A program made the translations under genes and the position numbers. From assembly GCA_050942995.1 (NCBI GenBank), contig JBMNOI010000002.1:1-57760 (forward strand): DNA of 57,760 bases, in the 5' to 3' direction. Under the pieces are notes generated by a model. The model was not told the DNA's origin. It ran no database searches and was given only the letters and a program-made list of their open reading frames with translations. This stretch comes from Anaerolineae bacterium. GTDB taxonomy: Bacteria > Chloroflexota > Anaerolineae > UBA1429. Shown one piece after another: positions 17,844 to 26,418 of this stretch (positions within the stretch are counted from its first letter, which is position 1; each line of letters starts with the position of its first letter).

Positions 17844-19670
17844 TTGGGCTTTATTCTCGACGGCCTCGATACCGAGGCCTATGACAGGCAATATGGCGAC
17901 CTGGTGCTTTTGCGGCGCATCGTGGGCTATTTCCGGCAGCGGGCGAGGTGGATCATCATCTCCGGCTTGGCGATTCTGGGGCGTTCATCGCTGGAGGCTG
18001 CAGTTCCCCTCGTCATCGCCCGGTCGATCGATATGTTGGCCGAGCAGCCCTCGGCGGGCACCATGGCGTTGCTGGTGGGCGGGCTGTTATTGCTCGAGAT
18101 CGCATCGTGGGCGCTGAACTGGGTGCGACAACGCTATGCGGCCCGGGCCATCGGCGATGTGGTTCTGGCGTTACGGCGGGACGTATTCGATGCCGTTATT
18201 CGTCACGACCTTTCGTTCTATGACGAACAACCCACCGGCCGTATCGTCAGCCGGGTCACCTCGGACACGGACGATTTCGCCGAGACGGTGGATCTGGTCA
18301 TGAATCTCGTCAGCCAGATTCTCACCGTCACCATCCTGATTGTGGTGGCCTTTCGCATCAGCGCGCAACTGGCCATCATGGCGCTGGCCCTGACGCCGGT
18401 GGTCTTTGTCATCGCGCTGAGCTTTCGTCGGTTGGCGCGGCGGGTGACGCAGAACGCCCGGCGGGTGCTGGCACGGGTGAACGCCAATATTCAGGAATCG
18501 GTGAGCGGCATCGCCGTGGCCAAGGCGTTTCGTCGGGAGGGGGCCATGTACGACGAGTTCGTGACCCTCAACCGCCAGTCGTTTCGAGTGAATCTGTTGC
18601 GCGGCTGGACGCTCAATACCATCTTTCCGGTGCTCTCGGGGACGTTCGGCATCGCTGTAGCGCTGTTTCTGTATTATGGCGGGCGCAGCGCTCTGCTGGG
18701 CGCCATCACCGTGGGGCAGTGGTTCCTGTTCATGCAGGTGATGGGCTATTTCTGGTTTCCGATGACCAATGTGGCGTCATTTTGGAGCCAGTTCCAGGAC
18801 GGGCTCTCGGCCGCCGAGCGGGTGTTTGCGTTGATGGATGCCGAGCCCCGCGTGACGCAGATCGACCATCGCCCCGTCCCCCGGCTGCGTGGAGATGTCG
18901 AGTTTCGCGATGTATGCCTGACCTATACCGGAGATGAGGTGGTACTCCCCAGCTTTTCGCTCACTATTGTGGCGGGCGAATCGGTGGCCTTTGTGGGGCA
19001 CACCGGCGCCGGCAAGACCAGTGTGGGGCGCTTGCTGGCCCGGCTCTATGATTTTCAGCGCGGACAGATCCTGGTGGACGGGCTCGATATCCGCACGCTG
19101 GATCTGCGTGAATATCGCCGGCAACTGGGCTTTGTGCCTCAGGTGCCGTTCCTCTTCTCCGGAACGGTGTACGACAATATCCGGTACGGCCGGCCCGAGG
19201 CGACGCCGGAGGAGGTCGAGCGTGTGGTCCGGATGGTGGGCGGGGGAGAATGGGTGGATGATCTGCCCGACGGGCTGTACACCGATGTGGGCGAACGTGG
19301 CGCGAGGCTCTCTACCGGTCAGCGCCAGCTCGTCGCTCTGGCCCGGGTGATGTTGCAGGATCCCGCCATCTTTGTGCTGGATGAGGCCACGGCCAGCATC
19401 GACCCCTTTACCGAGGCGCAGATTCAGGAGGGGCTGGAGACGGTGATGCGCGACCGCACCTCGATCATCATCGCCCATCGGCTCTTTACCGTGCGAAACG
19501 CCCACCGTATCGTCGTGCTGCGTGACGGGCGCATCATCGAAGAGGGCTCGCATCGCGATCTGCTCGCGGCCGGCGGGCACTATGCCGATCTGTACAACAC
19601 CTATTTTCGGCACCAGTCGGCCGAGTATATCGAGCGCTCGCGCCACCTGGTCGACGACGCGGCGGATTGA
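17844..19670 (+). CDS. ABC exporter, fused permease-ATPase, subunit 2 (heterodimer partner)
   Basis: TTG start after GGAAGGAG. Walker A GHTGAGKTS, signature LSTGQRQL and Walker B IFVLDE. Confidence 0.9.
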   Translation: MGFILDGLDTEAYDRQYGDLVLLRRIVGYFRQRARWIIISGLAILGRSSLEAAVPLVIARSIDMLAEQPSAGTMALLVGGLLLLEIASWALNWVRQRYAARAIGDVVLALRRDVFDAVIRHDLSFYDEQPTGRIVSRVTSDTDDFAETVDLVMNLVSQILTVTILIVVAFRISAQLAIMALALTPVVFVIALSFRRLARRVTQNARRVLARVNANIQESVSGIAVAKAFRREGAMYDEFVTLNRQSFRVNLLRGWTLNTIFPVLSGTFGIAVALFLYYGGRSALLGAITVGQWFLFMQVMGYFWFPMTNVASFWSQFQDGLSAAERVFALMDAEPRVTQIDHRPVPRLRGDVEFRDVCLTYTGDEVVLPSFSLTIVAGESVAFVGHTGAGKTSVGRLLARLYDFQRGQILVDGLDIRTLDLREYRRQLGFVPQVPFLFSGTVYDNIRYGRPEATPEEVERVVRMVGGGEWVDDLPDGLYTDVGERGARLSTGQRQLVALARVMLQDPAIFVLDEATASIDPFTEAQIQEGLETVMRDRTSIIIAHRLFTVRNAHRIVVLRDGRIIEEGSHRDLLAAGGHYADLYNTYFRHQSAEYIERSRHLVDDAAD

Positions 19671-19705
19671 TCCTCGAGCGGCGCTTCTCCCGGCTCTGAG
19701 AAGCG

Positions 19706-19740
19706 AACAGACGGCCCGCAGGGCCGTCTGTTTATGCTGT
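19706..19740 (+). terminator. Rho-independent terminator of the ABC operon
   Basis: aacagacggccc gca gggccgtctgtt, a 12-bp stem followed by TATGCTGTTTAT. A second 8-bp hairpin (19682-19705) precedes it. Confidence 0.7.
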
Positions 19741-19777
19741 TTATGGGTGATGCCATCGACGTGTCCGTCAGTATGAT

Positions 19778-20713
19778 TCAGTTCGTAGAGTAGGCGATGC
19801 TTTCTGCCCCGATAACGGCCAGCGTGCCGGGGACGATCTCGACCTGGACATGGTGCGCTTCCTCGCAGAGAATCTCGCCATCGACGTGGATGTGCAGGGG
19901 ATCCTCCGACTTGATGGCGATGTGCCGTGCGCGAATGGCCTTGATCCGCCGGTGGCTCAGGTGCGTGCCTTTCATAAAGCGCGGGATCATGGCGAGCATC
20001 TCGAACCGCGACATGGTCTCGGCGATGATGAGGTCGAAATAGCCGTCATCGTAGCGTGCATTGGGGGCCACCATAAAGCTGCCCCCCTCGCGCGGGCCGT
20101 TAGAGATGACGACCATGATCGGCGTCGCCCGAAAGGTTTGGCCGTCGTAGGTGATCTCGGAGCGCGCCGGGCGCATGGTGAGAAAGATGGTCTTGAGCAC
20201 GACGACGAGGTAGAGCAGCATGCCCCGCAGCTTGCGGAACTTGCGAGTTTCTTTGACCACCAGCCCGTCGAACCCGATGCCGATGGTGTTATTAAAGTAG
20301 CGCGAAATCACGCCGTCGATGGTGACCCGCCCCAGATCAACCTGGCGGACCTGCCCCTCGGCGATGATCTGACAGGCGGCCTCGACATCGGCGGGCATGC
20401 CGTTCATGGAGGCAAAATCGTTCCCCGATCCCGCCGGAATCGAGGCAAAGACGCCCATCGCCTCGCCATTGGCGCGGGACATCATGCCGTTGATCACCTC
20501 GTGCGAGGTGCCATCGCCGCCCACGGCGACGATCGTATCAAAGCCCTCATCGACGGCCTGGCCGGCCAGATCGATGGCCTCGCCTGCTGCGTTGGTGTGG
20601 ACGAGATCGAAATCCAGAGACAGCGCCTTGAGGCAGCGGCAAATGAGCGGCGATATCTGCCGGGCATAGCCCCGCCCTGCCTGAGGATTGACAATAACCT
20701 TCAGCCTGGGCAT
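19778..20713 (-). CDS. Diacylglycerol/lipid kinase family protein (YegS/BmrU-like)
   Basis: Start taken at ATG 20713 (MPRLKVIVNPQAGRG). Motif GGDGTSHEV. The upstream track extension has no family-like sequence. Confidence 0.85.
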   Translation of the reverse strand: MPRLKVIVNPQAGRGYARQISPLICRCLKALSLDFDLVHTNAAGEAIDLAGQAVDEGFDTIVAVGGDGTSHEVINGMMSRANGEAMGVFASIPAGSGNDFASMNGMPADVEAACQIIAEGQVRQVDLGRVTIDGVISRYFNNTIGIGFDGLVVKETRKFRKLRGMLLYLVVVLKTIFLTMRPARSEITYDGQTFRATPIMVVISNGPREGGSFMVAPNARYDDGYFDLIIAETMSRFEMLAMIPRFMKGTHLSHRRIKAIRARHIAIKSEDPLHIHVDGEILCEEAHHVQVEIVPGTLAVIGAESIAYSTN

Positions 20714-20823
20714 CAACCCCCCTAGACAAGTAGTATGATAGGATAGATCACAGTCTACATGTTTAACATCGGAATGCCAAAACAAGTTGCGATGAAAATA
20801 GTCGAGGCCAATTCCGGGCGGGC

Positions 20824-20860
20824 AAAACATAAAAAGCCGCCGAGCGGGTGCCCGGCGGCT
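20824..20860 (-). terminator. Rho-independent terminator after lexA
   Basis: Minus strand reads agccgccg..cggcggct followed by TTTTTATGTTTTG. Lies 28 nt after the lexA stop. Confidence 0.65.
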
Positions 20861-20888
20861 GTGTAGCAACTATCAATGACCGATGAAA

Positions 20889-21569
20889 TCAATTCAGGCG
20901 GCGGATCACGCCGACGACCTTGCCCTGAATCTCAAGGTCGGCGGGATGCACATAGATGGGCTCCATCGTGGGATTGGCCGGCTGCAGACGTACCCGGGTG
21001 CGGCCACGCTCCCAGTAGAAATGCTTCAAGGTGGTGGCTTTTTCATCTTTGAGCCAGGCCGCCACCATATCCCCATTTTCCGCCGTTTGCTCGTGGCGCA
21101 TGATGACGATGTCGCCGTCGTTGATCAGGGCGTCGATCATCGAGAGGCCGCGCACCTGGAGCGCATACAACCCCTCGGTGTCGCCGATCCAATCCGGGCT
21201 GATCGAGATGGAGTCAAAGTCAGCGAGGGAAAAATCACTATCGGGAATGGGAATCGGCTCGCCCGCCGCAATGACGCCCAGCATAGGAATCCGCGCGCGC
21301 GGAGCCACCTCAGCCAGGTCGGCATCGGCCATATCCTCACCATCGTCCTCGCCCACCAGACGAAGCCCCCGCGATACCTCGCGGTTGCGCGAGAGATATC
21401 CCTTGCGCTGAAGCACGTCGAGGTTGTAGCTTACCACCGACGTGGAAGAGATGCCCACGGCTTCACCGATCTCACGGATGGTGGGGGGATAGCCGCAATC
21501 GGCCATGAAATCCCGAATCATCTCCAGGATCTTGATCTGCCGGTCCGAGAGGTCCGACCTCTGAGTCAT
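20889..21569 (-). CDS. lexA: LexA repressor
   Basis: Start ATG 21569 after AAAGGAG. Winged-HTH PPTIREIGEAVGISSTSVV. S24 peptidase motifs AAGEPI, GLSMIDA and IVIMR. Confidence 0.95.
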   Translation of the reverse strand: MTQRSDLSDRQIKILEMIRDFMADCGYPPTIREIGEAVGISSTSVVSYNLDVLQRKGYLSRNREVSRGLRLVGEDDGEDMADADLAEVAPRARIPMLGVIAAGEPIPIPDSDFSLADFDSISISPDWIGDTEGLYALQVRGLSMIDALINDGDIVIMRHEQTAENGDMVAAWLKDEKATTLKHFYWERGRTRVRLQPANPTMEPIYVHPADLEIQGKVVGVIRRLN

Positions 21570-21602
21570 AAATCTCCTTTCAGTCCGTCGACTGTTGTAG
21601 AT

Positions 21603-21632
21603 ATTATACAATGAACATATGTTCTATGTCAA
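21603..21632 (-). promoter_or_regulatory. lexA promoter TTGACA-18-TATAAT
   Basis: On the minus strand, -35 is at 21632-21627 and -10 at 21608-21603. The SOS box lies inside the spacer. Confidence 0.7.
21613..21624. promoter_or_regulatory. LexA (SOS/Cheo-type) box GAACATATGTTC
   Basis: Perfect GAAC-N4-GTTC palindrome between the -35 and -10 of lexA. Confidence 0.8.
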
Positions 21633-21907
21633 GCAATTGACATCCGATTTCAAGAATTGCGTCAAAAGTCGCCGAATAGAGATCTTGAGAAGGCGATACC
21701 GGACCGGACCATGGCGCAGCCCCGGCCGCGTCGACGGGCCATAAAGTCGGTGTAATTGGCCCTGGCTATGTCGCTTGACGTGGGGTTGTAGAAGGGCTAG
21801 TATTTTATTGTGGAGCCTCGCATTGTGGCCTCATCGTACACGCTCCGTTGGGCGCGGCGGACGAGCCGCGTTTCCTTCCATGGCATAATAGATGGGGAGG
21901 TTTGATT

Positions 21908-23155
21908 GTGGACGAGTTCACGTATGTCATCATTGGGGGCGGTATGGCGGGGCAGCGCGCCTGCGAGGGCATTCGCAGGGTGGATACTGAGGGGAGCATC
22001 GCTCTGGTGACGCAAGAGCCGCACCGGCCCTATCAACGGCCACCGCTCTCCAAAGGCTATCTGCAGGGCAGAGAGGGCCTCGACAAGGTCTATCTGCAAG
22101 AGGCCTCGTACTATGCCGAGAATCGGATCGAGCTCTTGCAGGGGGTGGCCGCGACGCGCATCGATCCGGCGGCGCATACCGTCTCGCTGGCCGACGGTCG
22201 CGAGCTACGCTATAAAAAGCTGTTACTGGCCACGGGCGGGCGGGCGCGACGACTGCCACTGCCGGGCGCAGACCTGCGCGGGGTGCTGGTGTTGCGTACT
22301 ATCGAGGATTCGGATGCCATCAGCGAGGCGGCGGCTCCGGGCCGGCGTGTCGTGATCGTGGGAGGAAGCTTTATCGGCGCCGAGGTGGCGGCCTCGCTGA
22401 CACAGCGAGGGGCAGAAGTAAGCATGGTTTTCCCCGAAGAGCGGCTGCTAAAGCGGGTGGCAAGCGCCGAGGTGGGGGCCATGTTGCACGATATGTATAC
22501 CGCGCATGGGGTGCGTATTCACACCGGCGTCGTGCCGGAACGTTTCGAGGGCGATGGGCGTGTCGAGCGGGTCGTGCTGGCAGATGGCACGGTGCTACCG
22601 ACCGACCTGGTGGTGATGGGCGTGGGCATTGTTCTGAATACCGAGCTGGCCCGTGAGGCCGGCCTGGAGATGACCGATCATGGTGCGGTGTTGGTGGATC
22701 GTTACCTGCGCACCAGTGATGCCGATATCTATGCCGCGGGGGATATCGCCGCGTGGCCGGATCGTACATTCGACAAGGTCCTGCGCGTGGAGCACTGGGA
22801 TGTGGCCCGGCGGCATGGGCTGCGTGCCGGCCGTAATATGGCCGGCGATGAGAGACGATATGTCTCGCTGCCTTACTTTTTCTCGGATATGTTCGATCTG
22901 AGCATCGAAGTGTGGGGTGATCTGACGACCTGGGATCGCACCGTGGTGCGCGGCGATATTTCGGCAAGGCGCTTTACCGACTTTTACTTCTCCGAGGGGA
23001 CTCTGGTGGGGGTGCTGACTACCGGACGCGATCAGGAACGCGATGCGTTGCAGGCGCTGGTCCGGGCGCGTATCCCTGAGGGCGAAAGCGAGCGTCTGGT
23101 CGATGAATCGGTCGAGCTGGACGAACTCCTTCCCAAAGAAAAAGCCGCCGGTTGA
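21908..23155 (+). CDS. FAD-dependent pyridine nucleotide-disulfide oxidoreductase (ferredoxin/rubredoxin reductase-like)
   Basis: GTG 21908 lies 7 nt after GGGGAGG. FAD motif YVIIGGGMAG, NAD motif VVIVGGSFIGAE and AAGD. Confidence 0.85.
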   Translation: MDEFTYVIIGGGMAGQRACEGIRRVDTEGSIALVTQEPHRPYQRPPLSKGYLQGREGLDKVYLQEASYYAENRIELLQGVAATRIDPAAHTVSLADGRELRYKKLLLATGGRARRLPLPGADLRGVLVLRTIEDSDAISEAAAPGRRVVIVGGSFIGAEVAASLTQRGAEVSMVFPEERLLKRVASAEVGAMLHDMYTAHGVRIHTGVVPERFEGDGRVERVVLADGTVLPTDLVVMGVGIVLNTELAREAGLEMTDHGAVLVDRYLRTSDADIYAAGDIAAWPDRTFDKVLRVEHWDVARRHGLRAGRNMAGDERRYVSLPYFFSDMFDLSIEVWGDLTTWDRTVVRGDISARRFTDFYFSEGTLVGVLTTGRDQERDALQALVRARIPEGESERLVDESVELDELLPKEKAAG

Positions 23156-23158
23156 TCG

Positions 23159-23187
23159 TTGACAGGGCCGGCAGGCTCTGGTATGAT
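23159..23187 (+). promoter_or_regulatory. Promoter TTGACA-17-TATGAT upstream of the copZ-like gene
   Basis: Hexamers read directly at 23159-23164 and 23182-23187. Confidence 0.6.
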
Positions 23188-23192
23188 CAATA

Positions 23193-23207
23193 TACCCCCC
23201 GAGGGTA
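23193..23207. promoter_or_regulatory. TACCC-N5-GGGTA inverted repeat, CsoR-operator-like
   Basis: TACCCCCCGAGGGTA lies immediately downstream of the -10. It resembles the GC-rich TACCC..GGGTA pseudo-palindromes bound by CsoR (from memory). Confidence 0.35.
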
Positions 23208-23237
23208 AGGGATCATCATATCGTGGGAGGAGTATCA

Positions 23238-23450
23238 ATGAGCAAGCAAATTCGCCTCAAGGCGGTCGATATTTCGTGCGATCACTGCGCCATGACCATC
23301 AAGCGGGAGCTGGCTTCGCTGGACGGTGTGCGCATGGTGGATGTAGATGTGCAGAACAAGACGGTGGATCTCGAGTACGACGACGATGCGGCGCTATCCC
23401 GGGCCACAGCCCTGCTGGAAGAGATCGGCTATCCGGCGGTAGAGGCCTGA
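23238..23450 (+). CDS. Heavy-metal-associated (HMA) domain metallochaperone, CopZ-like
   Basis: 70 aa. GGGAGGAG RBS. CDHC metal motif at the HMA position and ferredoxin-like fold pattern. Confidence 0.85.
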   Translation: MSKQIRLKAVDISCDHCAMTIKRELASLDGVRMVDVDVQNKTVDLEYDDDAALSRATALLEEIGYPAVEA

Positions 23451-23457
23451 TAAACAT

Positions 23458-24030
23458 ATGATGCTGTGGCGTGGGCGGTGGTTGTGGCCGATACTCGGCG
23501 TGCTGCTGGCGTTACTGCCGGTGGGGTGTGGCACGGCGGCGCTTTCTTTGGACAATTCGGCGCCTCTTGTGCCGTCGCCAGAGATCGGCCAGTCCCTTTC
23601 CCGGCCACAGCCTCCCCGGGCGGGCGCTGAGGCGTTTGATTTTGCCCTGATGGACCTGGAGGGCAACGCGGTGACGCTGAGCCAGTTTCGCGGGCGTCGC
23701 GTGTTGATCAACTTTTGGGCCGGCTGGTGCCCGTCGTGTCGGGAAGAGATCCCGGTCATGGTGCGCCTTTATGATGACCTGCGCGCTCAGGGCCTGGAGA
23801 TTCTGGCGGTGAATGTGCTCGAAACGCCCGATGTGGTGCGGCGAGCCGCGAGGCATTGCGAAATGCCCTTTCCGGTTCTGCTGGACGAAAAGGGTGATGT
23901 GCAGCGGGCATATTTCGTGCGCGGCCTGCCCACGAGCATTGTGGTGGATGAGGAGGGCGTGGTTCGGGTCATCCATCGTGGAATTCTAACGGAAGCCTCT
24001 TTACGGCAGTATGCCCGCGAGAGCCGGTAA
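23458..24030 (+). CDS. TlpA/ResA-family thiol-disulfide oxidoreductase (membrane-anchored thioredoxin fold)
   Basis: Signal anchor. Motif FWAGWCPSCREE. Confidence 0.85.
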   Translation: MMLWRGRWLWPILGVLLALLPVGCGTAALSLDNSAPLVPSPEIGQSLSRPQPPRAGAEAFDFALMDLEGNAVTLSQFRGRRVLINFWAGWCPSCREEIPVMVRLYDDLRAQGLEILAVNVLETPDVVRRAARHCEMPFPVLLDEKGDVQRAYFVRGLPTSIVVDEEGVVRVIHRGILTEASLRQYARESR

Positions 24031-24757
24031 ATCGATTATCGATACGGGAGCTGGACTGCGCATGATGGATTCGACGAGGCCGCCCGGGGGCATCCCCAAC
24101 GTTTGGGTTGATCGCATTACCTACTGGTTGACGGCATTCGCCCGCTGGTTTGGCGCACACTGGTTGTCCGTCGCCAATACGGCGCTGGCGCTCTACATCG
24201 GGTTGCCGGTGCTGGCGGCGCTGCTGATGAATATCGGCGCCGAGGTGCCGGCCCGTATCATCTATACTCTGTTTCGCCCGTTGTGCCATCAGATGCCCGA
24301 GCGCTCTTTCTTTCTTTTTGGTGAACAGATCACTTACTCGTACGAGTATCTGAGCGAGGCGTTAGGTGGGGCGGTGCCTCACCGCTATATGGGCAACGCG
24401 GAGCTGGGGTTCAAAATCGCCGTATGCCAGCGCGACGTGGCCATCTATGGCTCGGCACTGCTGGGAGGGTTGCTCTTTGCCGGAGTGAGGCGCTATCTGC
24501 GGCCGTTGCCGTTGCGTTGGGCTGCGGTGATGACCCTGCCCATGGCCGTTGACGGCCTGGGTCAGCTTTTCGGCCTGTGGAGCAGCACCTGGGTGAGCCG
24601 AGTCATCACCGGCAGTCTGTTCGGCCTGATGCTGATCTGGGTGGGCTTTCCTCATCTGGAGCGGGGCATGCGTGAGGTAGAGCAGGATACATCGCGCACG
24701 CTGGCGCAGTTACGGGTACGGGCCGCACGAGGAGATGAATCGCAGGTCGCCGGCTAG
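24011..24757 (+). CDS. DUF2085 family membrane protein
   Basis: Motif RPLCHQMPERSFF plus four to five TM helices. The real start may be the internal MMDSTR (about 24062). Confidence 0.75.
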   Translation: MPARAGKSIIDTGAGLRMMDSTRPPGGIPNVWVDRITYWLTAFARWFGAHWLSVANTALALYIGLPVLAALLMNIGAEVPARIIYTLFRPLCHQMPERSFFLFGEQITYSYEYLSEALGGAVPHRYMGNAELGFKIAVCQRDVAIYGSALLGGLLFAGVRRYLRPLPLRWAAVMTLPMAVDGLGQLFGLWSSTWVSRVITGSLFGLMLIWVGFPHLERGMREVEQDTSRTLAQLRVRAARGDESQVAG

Positions 24758-24802
24758 GATTTGGCATTCGGGCCGATTCGCGGTATACTCCTGCAGGTTG
24801 TT

Positions 24803-24876
24803 CGGGGCGTAGCGCAGACCGGGAGCGCGCACGGTTCGGGTCCGTGAGGTCGGAGGTTCAAGTCCTCTCGCCCCGA
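24803..24876 (+). tRNA. tRNA-Pro (anticodon CGG)
   Basis: Cloverleaf folded by hand. Acceptor CGGGGCG/CGCCCCG, D stem GCGC/GCGC. Anticodon stem CACGG/CCGTG with loop TTCGGGT. T arm GGAGG-TTCAAGT-CCTCT. Discriminator A. CCA is not encoded. Confidence 0.9.
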
Positions 24877-24885
24877 CAGTCGGTG

Positions 24886-24944
24886 AACCGCAGGTCACAA
24901 GGATTGTCTAATCGACTATCCATGAGGCCTGCGGTTTTTGTTTT
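24886..24944 (+). terminator. Possible tRNA terminator (9-bp stem, long loop, T-rich tail)
   Basis: aaccgcagg ... cctgcggtt followed by TTTGTTTTG. The 33-nt loop makes it atypical. Confidence 0.4.
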
Positions 24945-25256
24945 GCCCCATATCGCCGCCGGCCACCACTACCGGAGGCCACACGGTTGTAAATCTGTCG
25001 GCTGCTATTTCCGCTTTTGACCCACTCCGCTGAAGAAGTACAGTCCCCCATACGCTCGGTGACTATCTTATCATCCCCCGTTTACACAACTCGTCTATGC
25101 GATATCGCGGCAGGTGCCGCCCATCAGCGTCATCGCGCGCATTTCGCATCGGGCAGATTCGGATAGTCGGCAGGATGGAGCAGCTTTACCGTATTTAAAC
25201 CTGTCTGTTACTTATATGCTGTCGATATGTGTTATGCTGCGCGTGAAGGAGATGTC

Positions 25257-26368
25257 ATGTCACGCAAAGTAATTAATATATTGTCTATCTCCATCCTATG
25301 GACTATCGTTATATTTCATATAATCACAATTCCCTATTGGCCGGAACAGTGCGACTTTGCGATGTTTATGCTGTCCGGGCAGCAGGCTGCAAAAAGAGAC
25401 AACCCCTACGCACTTGATATCGATGGTATAGCAGTGCTTGGACCTAATCTAAACCCTCCACCATCACTACTCTTATTTGAGCCATATTCGTATCTATCCC
25501 ATCCCATCATACCGGCCTATTCTTATGGCGAATAGGGACGATCATTTTATATATCGATATTATTAAATTAACAACTTTTTCATACTCAAAACCTATTACA
25601 TTCCATCGCCTCCTTTGGTATTCTGCTTTTATCGACTTATGGACCACACTCCGCCAGGATCAGATTTATGTCCTTTTGGCCGCTATGATTACCGGAGCGT
25701 ATCGGCTAATAGATCGCCGACATTTCATTGCAGGCGGGCTACTGATAGACATTGTCGTTGCGCTTAAGCCTAACCTTGCCGTATGGCCGGCTATGCTGCT
25801 TTTGGCCGGCCACTGGCGCGTCGTTTTACCTGCGATTGCATCATGCTTGACGCTCCATGGTGTCGCAGTGGCCAGATATGGCATCGACTCATACGCTCAA
25901 TGGCTTGATCTTGTGCGCCTTCGCCCCTTTGCAGACACAGCCGGGAACTCTTCTGTGTCGGCGTTTCTGCTGCGCCTCAATGTCTCGCCAGATCTGGCCA
26001 CCATCGGGGCGGCACTAATTCTTTTGGGCGTAGCGCTTTGGACCTGGCGTTGCAAACCCGAGTTCCTTCACCTATCGCTGGTCGCTCTTGTGGCAGCACA
26101 ACTCGCAAGCCCTGTATCCTGGCCGGGCATGACTGTCTTGCTCCTGCCATTCCTCCCTCTATTGCCATGGTTTTTCCACACTTTGACAGGGATTATAGTG
26201 GCCGGGATGTTAGCTACGCCTTCTATTATTGTCGCTATACCGGGTCTTGCTTCGTTTTTCATGTGGCCACTCATGATCATCCTGATCCGGACGATCCTGC
26301 TTTCATTTAACACATTATATGACGGCGCCCACAATACATTTTCGATGAGAAACCCCCTCACGAGGTAG
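25257..26368 (+). pseudogene. GT87/DUF2029-like polytopic glycosyltransferase, copy 1, frameshifted
   Basis: AAGGAGA RBS and ATG 25257. The N-terminal 92 aa are in frame 0 and stop at 25535. The remainder is open in frame 2 from 25448 to 26368. Motifs DFAMFMLSGQQAAKRDNPY, NLNPPPSLLLFEP and ALKPNLAVWPAMLLLAG. Confidence 0.55.
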
Positions 26369-26418
26369 TTATCTACTTCACGGATACACCCACCGTTACA
26401 CTGCGCGGAGGCGTTATT

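Noticed and set aside
20714-20869. N-terminal extensions of track ORFs for the lipid kinase (to 20869), lexA (to 21611), the NarL regulator (to 39303), the 688-aa protein (to 37092) and iorB (from 50901)
   Set aside because: - In each case an internal start with an RBS and/or an ATGA/GTGA junction to the upstream gene gives a product matching the family N-terminus.
- The extensions overlap promoters, terminators or neighbouring genes.
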